From assembly GCA_036479435.1 (NCBI GenBank), contig JAZGFI010000065.1, positions 1-51,573 on the forward strand: 51,573 nt of DNA, read 5' to 3'. The translations under genes were made by a program, and so were the position numbers. The notes beneath the pieces were generated by a model. That model was not told where the DNA came from. It worked only from the letters and a program-made list of their open reading frames with translations, and ran no database searches. Below are positions 28,801 through 37,812 of the stretch, one piece after another. The DNA comes from Planctomycetota bacterium (GTDB lineage Bacteria > Planctomycetota > GCA-002687715 > DRQF01). The number at the start of each line of letters is the position of its first letter. Positions within the stretch are counted from its first letter, which is position 1.

Positions 28801-29061
28801 TGGCCCGATGATGGCGAGCCGAATACCGCCGAGGACTTGATTCGAAATCGAAGAGTCGATCTTGTGGTCAACATTCCAAAGAACAACCAGTTTGAAGAGC
28901 TGAGTAATGATGCGGCGATCCGAAAGCTCGCCGTCGAGTACGGCCTCCCGCTGGTAACCAATATTCAGCTCGCATGTCGCTTGGCGCTCATGTGTTCCCA
29001 GCTTCCAGAACTCCAAATCCGTTCCCTGGATGAGTACCATTCGCGAGTCTCGGCGCCTTAA
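25849..29061 (+). CDS. carB: Carbamoyl-phosphate synthase large subunit
   Basis: GEFDYSGSQA, GIHTGES, EVNPRLSRSSALASKATGYP, NCNPETVSTDYD, RPSYVLSG, MGS domain; overlaps carA. Confidence 0.97.
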   Translation: MPSDRVQKVLVLGSGALKIGEAGEFDYSGSQAIKAFTEEGIETVLVNPNIATVQTSQGLADKVYLLPVQPQFVKDIIERERPDAIFLSCGGQTALNCGLELAESGVLDEAGVQVLGTSIESIRDAEDRQRFADRLRSINVKTPESKSAKSLEESIAVADAIGYPVMVRFAYTLGGLGSGRCADRAEFVSRVTSGFVHSSQVLVEEYLEGWKEVEYEIVRDRFDNCVAICNMENLDPLGIHTGESIVVAPSQTLDNDEYHLLRDIGIRVFRALGLVGEGNIQFALHPKNGDYRVIEVNPRLSRSSALASKATGYPLAYIATKLALGYGLADIQNPVTQTTTACFEPALDYIVVKIPRWDLSKFVLSSSELGTGMKSVGEVMGIGRSFEEALQKALRMVDTGAEGLIEDGGFDRTEELIPWGEPRPDRILRIGRALANGVTANEISRVTHIHPWFVAGVENIVAIGRELRLKRGQVLSEVTLRRAKQAGFSDVQIAGFIGASSSEVASQRSQLGLHPAVKQIDTFAGEFPASTNYLYLTYHGSANDVQPLPEHERPVVLLGAGPYRIGCSVEFDCCCVEAARSFRRRGHRTVIINCNPETVSTDYDESDRLYFEELSLETIIEILRLESPIGVVVSMGGQISNSLAGPLKAAGVPIFGTDPDDIDRAEDRHAFSRMLDREGIKQPAWREMSSISGVLEFCEDVGFPVLVRPSYVLSGSAMAIATGPAELSEYLTSAADAFSRAKVVVSRFIEDGKEIELDGVAAHGEIVSMTIGEHIENAGVHSGDATIVVPPQRIFSETDRRIREIGRKIARALNITGPFNVQFIARENDVMVIECNLRASRSLPFVSKVTNYPYMEAAVAVFLGEEPPVEEVCYRDLKHVGVKAPQFSYSRLQGVDPRVGVEMASTGEVGCLGESFEEAFMKALIAVGFRFPVRAVLLSTGPLKDKVAFLEGARHLSRSGAEIFATRGSARFLSEQGVHCNAVGWPDDGEPNTAEDLIRNRRVDLVVNIPKNNQFEELSNDAAIRKLAVEYGLPLVTNIQLACRLALMCSQLPELQIRSLDEYHSRVSAP

Positions 29062-29086
29062 GATGCCGCCGTGAAAACTTGTCGCT

Positions 29087-30280
29087 TCAAATGCTACCGT
29101 GAATGACGGCGGCGTATTGGTCAGGGAAGCCGAGCCCGAGTTTTTCGAGGTCTGGGAAGATGACGGCATTTTTGAAGCCCGCAATCTTGAGGACCGTTAA
29201 CCAATTTTCAGGCGCCATGTAACAGTGCATGGGGCGGTAGTGTGCTCGTGTAGTGGCGGTTCGGTGGTAAATGGAGCCATTGAGAGTGAGTTCTCTAGGT
29301 GCCATCTCGGTCGGGTTGACGCGGACGCGTTCCGCGAAAATCACGCAGCCTCCGGGCCGTAGAGCTTGACGGCATTGCACTAAGAACTCCACGATATCTC
29401 TCGCGACGTGTGCGGCGTTGACACCGTAGATGCAATCTAAGCTATCCGCAGCCTGTTTTTGGTCCTCCAACGACTTGTTGATGTCCAAGTGATGCCACTT
29501 GGCCCTTAGCGCGGGGTGCTGCCTAAGCACCTCATGGCGCGTCTGGAGGATAAACTCCAAACTAATATCAGTAAAAGAATATGATTCTATCAACGAGAGT
29601 GAATCTTGCGTTCTAAGTTCGCGTAGGACGTTTCGAATGCCGTTGCCGGTGCCGCCTCCAATCTCCAAGACTGAGCCACCTCTAAAGAGCTCGGCGAAGG
29701 CTCTAGCCCCCATGATTCCGTGGATATTTTGGAGTGGGTCGACATTGGTAGCCCGGAACCAAAGTTCTCGAAACTGACGTTCGCGACCCGAGAGCAGGCG
29801 GTCCATCAGTTCAGGATCATCTCTAAGAGCGACCTCAAAGTTCTGCGCACCGAAATCGATGAACTCGGCTGAGGCATCGAAACCCTCGCCGAGTGAAAAG
29901 AGGGCGTTTTTAGTGTGACGGAGCTCTTCTTTTCGGTCTGGGGCTTCTGCTGTTGCACGAAACTTCGTCTCGCCGTCAACATGAGTCGTTTTGATGAGAT
30001 CTGAGCGCGACCCCAGGCGAAGCAACATTGAGTCCATCGCGATGTCCGCGGTCTCGACAAAGTTCAAAGCTCCGCACAATTCGCTAGCAGATCGAAATTC
30101 AGACAGATGCTCTACAAGACCAAGTCTGGAGTAGAGACCTTCAAGGTGAAGATCGCAGTATCGATTCTGTAGTGCTGTTGCTTCACGAATCTCGCTTGAG
30201 AATAGTTCAGTCTCACACCAAGTCGTAAAAGTATCTTGAAGGTCGAGGAGCGGCTCGTTCAGGCCTTCGGGCTCTTTCAT
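29087..30280 (-). CDS. Standalone SAM methyltransferase resembling PKS/NRPS methyltransferase domains
   Basis: VLEIGGGTG, YSFTDIS, LDINK, D.IYGVNAAH, LRPGG.VIF.E. Confidence 0.8.
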   Translation of the reverse strand: MKEPEGLNEPLLDLQDTFTTWCETELFSSEIREATALQNRYCDLHLEGLYSRLGLVEHLSEFRSASELCGALNFVETADIAMDSMLLRLGSRSDLIKTTHVDGETKFRATAEAPDRKEELRHTKNALFSLGEGFDASAEFIDFGAQNFEVALRDDPELMDRLLSGRERQFRELWFRATNVDPLQNIHGIMGARAFAELFRGGSVLEIGGGTGNGIRNVLRELRTQDSLSLIESYSFTDISLEFILQTRHEVLRQHPALRAKWHHLDINKSLEDQKQAADSLDCIYGVNAAHVARDIVEFLVQCRQALRPGGCVIFAERVRVNPTEMAPRELTLNGSIYHRTATTRAHYRPMHCYMAPENWLTVLKIAGFKNAVIFPDLEKLGLGFPDQYAAVIHGSI

Positions 30281-30916
30281 CCGGTGTCTCGCTTTGCTGT
30301 GTTAGCTGTAAGTCGAAGTGAGTACGGTGAGGTGATTGTCATGCGGGTATAGCCCGACAGACCCTCGGAATCCAACATCCTTGTCGTCCTACGTGCAGAA
30401 CGCGTCATCAGCGTTGAGCCGACCGTCTTGCCCCCATAAAAATGCACATCACCGAAATGTGGCGATCTGCGAGGCGAGTCTTGGCTGTATCTAAACAAAA
30501 GAGGTTTCACATTCAGTTTTGGCTCGGACAAGATGCACTACTCCGTGGAAATTATGATTCTTCAACCGGATCGTTGTTGCCGACGAGGATTCGGCAACAA
30601 CGATCCGCGATTGCTATTGCCGCCTGACAAAAAATTTCAAAAAAAACAGTAAGATTCTGGATGCAATTCGTAAGATCCGCCGAGTTGATTCTCGGGCTTC
30701 CAGCAATGTGGCGCGCTCATCTTGAAACTGCGGAATCTCGCACGGGGTGCCGCTCCTCTGATGCCCGTTGGCCCGTGATTCATCGTCGAAGCCGACCCCT
30801 TTTGTGGTCGAAACCCCGCAACGGTGGCATTGCGGCGCACAAAGCTTGCAGCGACTGTTCCGAAAGTAAAATTAGCGGCATCGCCCCCGATGACGCACAT
30901 TGAAAAGACGAAATGG

Positions 30917-32332
30917 ATGACAATAGCAACTCAAAATCAAAGTCTCTTTTTGGGAAAACTGCTGAGTCAGGTTTGCATCATGGGGCTCGGTGTGGTGGTC
31001 ATTCTTCATCGTCTTGGCAACGAATCTTTGGCGCAGGCGATCATCACCGCAGTCTTGCTTGTGGCGGTCTTTGGGGCTGCGCGCATTCTTTTCTGGCGTC
31101 GGGATGTCCAATGGGTTGTGCATCCCTTTACGTCCTTAGGAAGTCTCGCTCATCCTTTGATGACCGTCTTGCCGGCCTTGGTTCTGGTGGCGCTCATTGC
31201 TCCAAGCTCGTCGCTGCGGGACCCGATGGTTTTTGCCGCGGTTATGGGCTGGACGGTTGTCGGCGTTGCCTCGGCGCACATCGGGCTAGCGCTACGACTC
31301 AAACATTCTACCAAGCACGGTCGCGGCCATCCGTCCTCGGTCTTGATTGCGGGGAACAACAGCCAGAGTGGGAAAACAGTCGAAAGTTGGCTATCCGACT
31401 CGCCATTCCCAGTGAAAGTACTGGGGTTCGTTGATGTCGTGGATCAGAGCGATCCGTGGAATCGAAACGTAGATCAAGACCACATGCCGTTTCTCGGCGA
31501 CGTTTCGAAGCTTTTGCCATTGCTTAGCAATCGTGTCGTCGACGAAGTCTGGATTACGCTCCCGCTTAAATCGCGGTTCGCGGAGATCGAGACAATTGTT
31601 CAGACCTGTGAAACAGTCGGCGTTCCAGTGCGAATGACGCCAAATCCATTTCAGAGCACGACCGGCACCGTCTTGCAACGCAGCGGCAGTTCTGCAGCTG
31701 AGATGTTTTATGTCGCGTGCCCGGGAAAGCCGTTGCCTTTGTTGGTCAAACGTATCATCGATATTGGAGCTAGCGCCCTCGGTCTCTTAGTTCTCTCGCC
31801 TCTTTTCATTGTCATCGCCGCCCTCATCAAGATCACGTCGAGGGGACCGGTGTTTTTCTGCCAAGAACGATGTGGCCTACACGGGCGATCGTTTACCTTG
31901 TTTAAGTTTCGTTCAATGGTGGTGGATGCAGAGGACCTCAAAAAAGATCTTGTGGCGAAAAACGAGGGCAGTGGGCCGACTTTCAAGATGCTGCATGATC
32001 CTCGCGTCACTTCAATTGGCAACCTGTTGAGGAAGGCGAGCCTTGATGAGCTACCTCAGCTTTGGAACACGTTTCGAGGCGATATGAGTCTCGTCGGGCC
32101 GCGTCCACCCGTTGCTTCTGAAGTCGCGCAGTACGAGCCGTGGCAGCGCCGGCGACTTAGTGTACGGCCCGGAATTACCTGTATCTGGCAGGCATCGGGC
32201 CGAAGCAACATCGGTTTCGAACAGTGGATGTTGATGGATCTTGACTACGTCCACTCTTGGTCGCTCGGTCTTGATTTCAGGCTGCTGCTCAAAACGATTC
32301 CAGCTGTCATCTTGATGCGCGGGGCACAATAG
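30917..32332 (+). CDS. Priming sugar transferase (polyprenyl-phosphate hexose-1-phosphate transferase, WcaJ/WbaP-like)
   Basis: N-terminal TM helices; KRIIDI, FKFRSM, DPRVT, LDELPQL, MSLVGPRP, PGIT.IWQ; start uncertain (30824/30890/30917). Confidence 0.92.
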   Translation: MTIATQNQSLFLGKLLSQVCIMGLGVVVILHRLGNESLAQAIITAVLLVAVFGAARILFWRRDVQWVVHPFTSLGSLAHPLMTVLPALVLVALIAPSSSLRDPMVFAAVMGWTVVGVASAHIGLALRLKHSTKHGRGHPSSVLIAGNNSQSGKTVESWLSDSPFPVKVLGFVDVVDQSDPWNRNVDQDHMPFLGDVSKLLPLLSNRVVDEVWITLPLKSRFAEIETIVQTCETVGVPVRMTPNPFQSTTGTVLQRSGSSAAEMFYVACPGKPLPLLVKRIIDIGASALGLLVLSPLFIVIAALIKITSRGPVFFCQERCGLHGRSFTLFKFRSMVVDAEDLKKDLVAKNEGSGPTFKMLHDPRVTSIGNLLRKASLDELPQLWNTFRGDMSLVGPRPPVASEVAQYEPWQRRRLSVRPGITCIWQASGRSNIGFEQWMLMDLDYVHSWSLGLDFRLLLKTIPAVILMRGAQ

Positions 32333-32335
32333 GAA

Positions 32336-33766
32336 TTGTCGCAAGGCAATCAGCCCAAAGTCGGCAGTGCCGCAACGATCTTTGATCGATCAATGTCCAG
32401 GACCAGCAAAATGTTGGAAGAACAAAGTACGAAGGCGAAGGCCGCCATGCCGGTTGTGGTCGTTGGCGGCGGTATTGCTGGCATGGTCACAGCCCAGCTG
32501 CTTCGACAGTCAGGTTGCGACGTCACCCTTGTGGAACAGGAGTCGACGCTCGGCGGGAAGGTAGCTGGCGTCACGCTCGACAACGGAGATGTCGTTGATG
32601 GGTTCCACATGTCAATCTATGACCGAGATGCGGATCTGCTGCAAACGTTGAGAGATCTCCGTGTCGACTATGATTTCGTCAGCTCTTCTGCCCGCTTCGG
32701 GTTCTTTAGCGAGGGACAGCCGTATGCGCTGAAGGGCATTCGAGATCTCCTCCGATTTGATCCAGTGTCTCTCCGTCAGCGCATCAAGTTGGGCCTCTTT
32801 GGGACTGGGTTTGCTGAGAATGCAAACGGCCTCACGCACAAACTCGATCGTACCCTCGGCCTGTCTTGGCTGAAGGAGCGTTTTGATGACGCGGTTATCC
32901 AGCGCTTTTGGCATCCCGTTGTTCGAGCCAAGATGGGCCGAGCTGCCGAGGCGATGTCGGCGCTTTGGGTTCACAATCGAATCTCCTATGCGTCAAAAGT
33001 CATGGATACGCGGCTCGTCCGCGTCAAGGGGGGCATGAGAGCCATCGTTCGGGCAGCGACGATCGATCTCGATCGACTGGGCGTTCGGATTCTCAACAAT
33101 TTTCACGTTGACTCCGTGGCCATTGGGCCATCAAGAGTCAGTGTGAAAGGCCCGGCCGGAGAAATCCACGGGCGACGGGTCGTGCTCGCGGTGCCAACAA
33201 ATATCGCCCATGAAATGCTTGCGGCAGGGGGAGTACCATCGATTGGGGCTCTGTCTATCAGTGAGTATCTTAACGCCAGAGTTGGTGTTTTTGGTGTCAT
33301 GCAGCCTCTTGGCCTGCCCTTACATACCGTCATCGATGACGATAGTATTCCATTCGATTTGCTGATAGCACCGCCGTGGTCTGTCGATGCAAGTGGTAAG
33401 GGGGTCGTGTATGCGGTTCGGACTGGCGTTCAGGAGCCGGAAGACCCAGGCAGTGATGATTCCATCTTGGCCCGCATGGTCGTGGGTGTCGAAAAAGTCG
33501 CTCCTGAAATCCTCGTTGGAAATAGAATCGCCGGCAGAAGGCTCCTCCGTTGGGAAAACTACGAGCCAATTTGCGGGCCAGGATTTCTGAAGCGGAAACC
33601 TCCCTTTGAACTTGCTCCCGGCCAACTGTACATGGTAAATGCCTGCCAAGCCTATCCATTGGCGCCCAGCCTCAACAACACGGTTGCCCTGGCGGGGCGC
33701 TGCGTCGAACGGATCGTGTCGCGCGAGCGATGGGAGTCGAGTGCTGCGGCGAACAAGAAGAGCTGA
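32336..33766 (+). CDS. FAD-dependent oxidoreductase (amine oxidase/protoporphyrinogen oxidase-like)
   Basis: VVGGGIAG...LVE...LGG dinucleotide-binding fold, GFH, GG; start may be downstream. Confidence 0.78.
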   Translation: MSQGNQPKVGSAATIFDRSMSRTSKMLEEQSTKAKAAMPVVVVGGGIAGMVTAQLLRQSGCDVTLVEQESTLGGKVAGVTLDNGDVVDGFHMSIYDRDADLLQTLRDLRVDYDFVSSSARFGFFSEGQPYALKGIRDLLRFDPVSLRQRIKLGLFGTGFAENANGLTHKLDRTLGLSWLKERFDDAVIQRFWHPVVRAKMGRAAEAMSALWVHNRISYASKVMDTRLVRVKGGMRAIVRAATIDLDRLGVRILNNFHVDSVAIGPSRVSVKGPAGEIHGRRVVLAVPTNIAHEMLAAGGVPSIGALSISEYLNARVGVFGVMQPLGLPLHTVIDDDSIPFDLLIAPPWSVDASGKGVVYAVRTGVQEPEDPGSDDSILARMVVGVEKVAPEILVGNRIAGRRLLRWENYEPICGPGFLKRKPPFELAPGQLYMVNACQAYPLAPSLNNTVALAGRCVERIVSRERWESSAAANKKS

Positions 33767-33780
33767 ATTGTGAGGAATCT

Positions 33781-34539
33781 ATGAGCGTACACCAATTTCG
33801 AAGAGCGTCGCGAGCGGTCCCCTTAGCGGTGTTTCTTCTCGCTGTCGTTTCAGGGGCATTACTTTCAGGTTGCCGTAGCTATGACCAGGAGACTTACTCG
33901 GCAAGCGAAGTAAGTCTCAACGCACCGATTTCAGGTCCTTACCGTATTGTCGCTGGCGATACTCTCGCCATTGGATGTCAAGATCGTCCCGAACTCAATA
34001 CGAGCGTTTTGGTGAGACCTGACGGATTTGTGACCGTGCCCTATATTGGTGAGCTGTCGGTTGCCGGGCGAACCGTCTCTGGAGTTAGGAAATCGGTCCT
34101 GGAAGGATTGACAGGGAAGGTCCCTATTTCAGCTCTATGGATAGACGTTAGCTTGTTTGCGACACGGGAAGTGTTCGTGATTGGCGAGGTCAATTCCCCA
34201 GGAATCATGCCGATGCCCAATCGTCGCCTGACGCTTCTTGAGGCAATCACGCGTGCCGGTGGATACAACCCAGACACCGCAGACCTGAGCAAGGTTGTTT
34301 TCGTTCGTGATGAAGAGGATGGGAGGAGGGTCGCTTGGCTCGTTGATATGGAACCTGTTGTGACCGCCCGAGTTCCACCGCAGCCCATCTATTTACGTCC
34401 TGGCGATATTGTTCTGGTGCCTGATTGCGGAGTGGTGCAGGCGAATCGCTTCATAGACAGATACATCACTCGGATGATACCGGGTATCGGCGCGTTCTCG
34501 ACTCTGGCGCTTGGCTCGGGAAGTCTCGGCGGCCGCTGA
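33781..34539 (+). CDS. Polysaccharide export outer-membrane lipoprotein (Wza-like)
   Basis: Lipobox LLSGC; YRI..GD.L, VRPDG.V..PYIG, VIGEV..PG, L.PGDIV.VP. Confidence 0.92.
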   Translation: MSVHQFRRASRAVPLAVFLLAVVSGALLSGCRSYDQETYSASEVSLNAPISGPYRIVAGDTLAIGCQDRPELNTSVLVRPDGFVTVPYIGELSVAGRTVSGVRKSVLEGLTGKVPISALWIDVSLFATREVFVIGEVNSPGIMPMPNRRLTLLEAITRAGGYNPDTADLSKVVFVRDEEDGRRVAWLVDMEPVVTARVPPQPIYLRPGDIVLVPDCGVVQANRFIDRYITRMIPGIGAFSTLALGSGSLGGR

Positions 34540-35327
34540 TGGCTGATGCAGCCAAAGACTTCAACCGAGTGGCCGTCGTTACTGGGGCCGGAAGAGGAAT
34601 CGGCCAGCAGATCGCGGTCGATTTTGCTTCGCGTGGCGTGAATCTGGTGCTCAATTCCTTGGGCGAGGAGCGACTCGACGCCACTGCCCATGAGGCGACT
34701 GAGTTAGGCGCTCGAGTGGTCATTGTGCCCGGAGACGTGACTTCTACTGAGGTCGTCAAACGTATCATCTCGACGGCCCACGATGAATTCGGCAGAGTTG
34801 ACATTCTCGTGAACAACGCTGGAGCAAACGACATCGCTAGTCTTGTCATGGCATCTGAAGAGCGGTGGCAAGAACTCTTCGAAGTCAACATCTTTGCAGC
34901 CTTTCGGCTGACCAAAGTTGCGATCCGTAGCATGATTAGGAATCGTTGGGGCCGCATTGTCAACATCGCTTCGGTCGCCGGTGAGATAGGTGCTGCCTAC
35001 AACGGTGCCTATTCCTCTTCGAAGGCCGCACTCATCGGTTTCACGAAATCGATCGCAAGGGAAGTTGCGGCCACGGGTATTACCGCGAACGCAGTGAACC
35101 CATGGCACGTCAATACTGAGCTGGTGAGGAGTGCCATGAGTGGCCGTGGGAAGCTATTCGGAAAACCTAGTGAGGAATATCTCAAGTCAGTCTGCTTGGC
35201 GAGTCCGCGGAAGTCCATGATCACTGTCGAGGAAGTCTCGAGCCTCGTTACTTACCTTGCGTCGGAGGAAGCCTCCGGTATCAACGGACAGTCTATTAGC
35301 GTTTGCGGCGGCGCAAATACGGCCTGA
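34539..35327 (+). CDS. SDR oxidoreductase (FabG-like)
   Basis: TGAGRGIG, NNAG, YSSSK; TGATG coupling to wza. Confidence 0.9.
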   Translation: MADAAKDFNRVAVVTGAGRGIGQQIAVDFASRGVNLVLNSLGEERLDATAHEATELGARVVIVPGDVTSTEVVKRIISTAHDEFGRVDILVNNAGANDIASLVMASEERWQELFEVNIFAAFRLTKVAIRSMIRNRWGRIVNIASVAGEIGAAYNGAYSSSKAALIGFTKSIAREVAATGITANAVNPWHVNTELVRSAMSGRGKLFGKPSEEYLKSVCLASPRKSMITVEEVSSLVTYLASEEASGINGQSISVCGGANTA

Positions 35328-35341
35328 GGCCGATAACCTTC

Positions 35342-36169
35342 ATGCAAGACACTCGCCAAGTCACTACTCCTGACAGTTATTCGCTTCGGTATACGGTGTG
35401 GTCGAATCCTAACCGCAAGGCCACCGTAGTTATCTTGAACGGCGTGATGGGGCATTCTGGGTGGATGTCGGAAATGGGAACAGCGCTCTGCGAGACTGGG
35501 CTACATGTTGTCGGAGCAGACCGTCGCGGTTCTGGCCAAAACGAAGAGGGTTTCGGAGACATCCAGAGCCCTGCTTCTCTCTATAGTGACATCGACTTGG
35601 TCACGTCTTGCGAGCTCGCTTCGGCGGAGCCCCTTTTTGTCATTGGTTGGTGTTGGGGAGCGATTCCTGCCGTTCTGGCCAACCGGCATTTGTCGGCCGA
35701 AATCACTGGGTTAGTGCTGCTCTCCCCAGGTTTCTTCCCCTCAAGTTGCGTCATGGCGGCGGCTGAGGCAGGTCTCACGGCCAATGTCAGCATGACGGAG
35801 GCCGTTCTGCCGAGTCCCGTCAGACTTGAGATGTTCTCAGATGATCCCCTTACATTGGATCGACTCCGGCAGGATAGGCTTAAGGTTGTTCAGGTGACGA
35901 AACGCCTTCTCTGGACCGCGCAAAAAATGACGGTAGCCGCTCGAAGCGCTTGTCTTCGCCTGAAATGCCCGATCTTTCTTGGGCTAGCCTCTGACGATCG
36001 CGCCGTTGATAACGGCCGAACTCAGACGATGTTCTCGGAGCTGAGTGTCGATGTCGACATCCAGTTCTTTGACGGTCCTCATGGCTTCGTGCTCGAATCT
36101 GGCCTAGATGTCGCTGGTCGTGTGGGCAACTGGATTCACAGCCAACTTTTTCGTGTGGACGTGTCGTGA
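35342..36169 (+). CDS. Alpha/beta hydrolase (lysophospholipase-like) with Cys nucleophile motif
   Basis: DRRGSG, GWCWG elbow, Asp (DDRAV) and His (GPHG). Confidence 0.82.
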   Translation: MQDTRQVTTPDSYSLRYTVWSNPNRKATVVILNGVMGHSGWMSEMGTALCETGLHVVGADRRGSGQNEEGFGDIQSPASLYSDIDLVTSCELASAEPLFVIGWCWGAIPAVLANRHLSAEITGLVLLSPGFFPSSCVMAAAEAGLTANVSMTEAVLPSPVRLEMFSDDPLTLDRLRQDRLKVVQVTKRLLWTAQKMTVAARSACLRLKCPIFLGLASDDRAVDNGRTQTMFSELSVDVDIQFFDGPHGFVLESGLDVAGRVGNWIHSQLFRVDVS

Positions 36170-37812
36170 GTGGGGGCGATCGAGCACTCGATCGCTTCCA
36201 TTCTGCCTTGGAGCGTCCCTCTGAGGCACAGGGCGACGTGCTTTTCAATCGGATCATTGGCCCCAATCGCGACTGCCGATTTGGGCGCGCCCATGGTTTC
36301 TCCGAGATTCGTTCGATCAGTGAATATCGACGACAGGTCTTGATTAGAGACTACGAGACGATTCGGAATGAGGTGCGGCGGATGGTTGAAGGGGAGTCTG
36401 GTGTCCTTGTTTCTGAAGCTGTCAGGCATTTTTTTTCGACAAGTGGCACGACATCCGACCCCAAGCTCATTCCAGTTACCGGATCTTTGGTGCGCGAAAA
36501 ATCGCGAGCATTTTCAATCTACTGGGAGAATATCCGCCGGACCTTCCCCCAATCGACCAAGGGCCTAGTCGTATCGAATTTCTCAGACGCTAGTACGTTT
36601 CAGCAGACAAGCGGAGGGATTCCATTTAGTTCTGAGAGCGCCTACTGGGCCCAGTGGTTAAGGCGAAGCCGGGGTACAGATGGCGTGGTGCCTAGATGTC
36701 TTCTTGGTATCGAGTCAGCTGATGATCGAATCTATGCGATTGCCCGAGTTCTTCTTGGATCGTCTTTCGCCGTCTTGATGAGTCTCAACCCTTCAACCAT
36801 TGTGGTCGTTCTGGAGAAAATCAACACCCATTTCGATCTCTTGGTGCAGGACATTACGTTCGGAACTATGAGTTGTGCCAGCGAGCTCAGTTTTGAAGCA
36901 GCCGAATGGTGCCGACGCAACTTGCAACCCGATTCAGTACGCGCGGCAGACCTTCGGAACTTGTCGCAAGGCGGCGAAGGCGTTCGCACGGCCGCGGATC
37001 TTTGGAGTGCCCTAGATCTGATGATCGCATGGAAGAGTCCTTCCGTGAGATCGTACGCTCAGCAACTTCGCAAACTCGCTGGCACGGTGCCAACAATGGA
37101 CTACATAACGATGGCCTCCGAGTGCATCATTGCCGTTCCGCTCGATCCTGATGCGCGGGGAGGCGTCCTTGCGGTCGGAACCCACTTTTACGAGTTCATG
37201 CCTGTCCATTGCGCCGATGATCGAAGCGCTCAAACCCTTTTGCCTGAGGAGCTTGAGATCGGCCAAAAGTACCTTGTCATCGTCTCGACATCTGCCGGCC
37301 TATACCGATATAATATTGGAGATGTCGTTGAGGTGACTGGGTTTTCGAAGAGCACTCCCATCTTGGAGTTTCAGGGTCGACATGGTGCCACGTCTTCAGT
37401 TACCGGCGAGAAGCTAACGGAGCCTCAAGTCATTGGGGCTGCTCTTGCCGCCGCCGCCAGCGCAGGACTCTCGATGACCGACTTCGTCGTGTTCCCTACG
37501 GACGACCGGCTTCCCAGTTATGTACTGCTCATGGAAATGAGCAACGAAGTTCAGGCTGCGTCCATGCGGACCTTGGCTCGCGCCTTTGACCAAGAGCTTT
37601 CTCAGCGCAATATCGAGTACGCCGCGAAACGCGAATCACTGCGACTCGGGTCGCCGGAAGTCTGGGTAGCACAGGTTGGGGAGTTCGCGGCCTGGAATGA
37701 ACGGAGGATAAAGGCAGGTGCTAGCGCGTCACAGCTAAAGACAGCTCACCTAAGCAATGACTCCTCTTTCGGATCCAAAATAGCTGTGCGGGAAAAACAA
37801 CGTGCGCGTTGA
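36166..37812 (+). CDS. GH3-family acyl-adenylate-forming amide synthetase
   Basis: STSGTT.DPKLIP, Y..ASE, FYEF, GLYRYNIGDVV, GEK, N.EY..KR. Confidence 0.9.
   Translation: MSGGDRALDRFHSALERPSEAQGDVLFNRIIGPNRDCRFGRAHGFSEIRSISEYRRQVLIRDYETIRNEVRRMVEGESGVLVSEAVRHFFSTSGTTSDPKLIPVTGSLVREKSRAFSIYWENIRRTFPQSTKGLVVSNFSDASTFQQTSGGIPFSSESAYWAQWLRRSRGTDGVVPRCLLGIESADDRIYAIARVLLGSSFAVLMSLNPSTIVVVLEKINTHFDLLVQDITFGTMSCASELSFEAAEWCRRNLQPDSVRAADLRNLSQGGEGVRTAADLWSALDLMIAWKSPSVRSYAQQLRKLAGTVPTMDYITMASECIIAVPLDPDARGGVLAVGTHFYEFMPVHCADDRSAQTLLPEELEIGQKYLVIVSTSAGLYRYNIGDVVEVTGFSKSTPILEFQGRHGATSSVTGEKLTEPQVIGAALAAAASAGLSMTDFVVFPTDDRLPSYVLLMEMSNEVQAASMRTLARAFDQELSQRNIEYAAKRESLRLGSPEVWVAQVGEFAAWNERRIKAGASASQLKTAHLSNDSSFGSKIAVREKQRAR

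Noticed and set aside
30835..30850. Sigma-54 promoter-like GCGCAC-N5-TTGC before the EPS operon
   Set aside because: The invariant GG at -24 is absent
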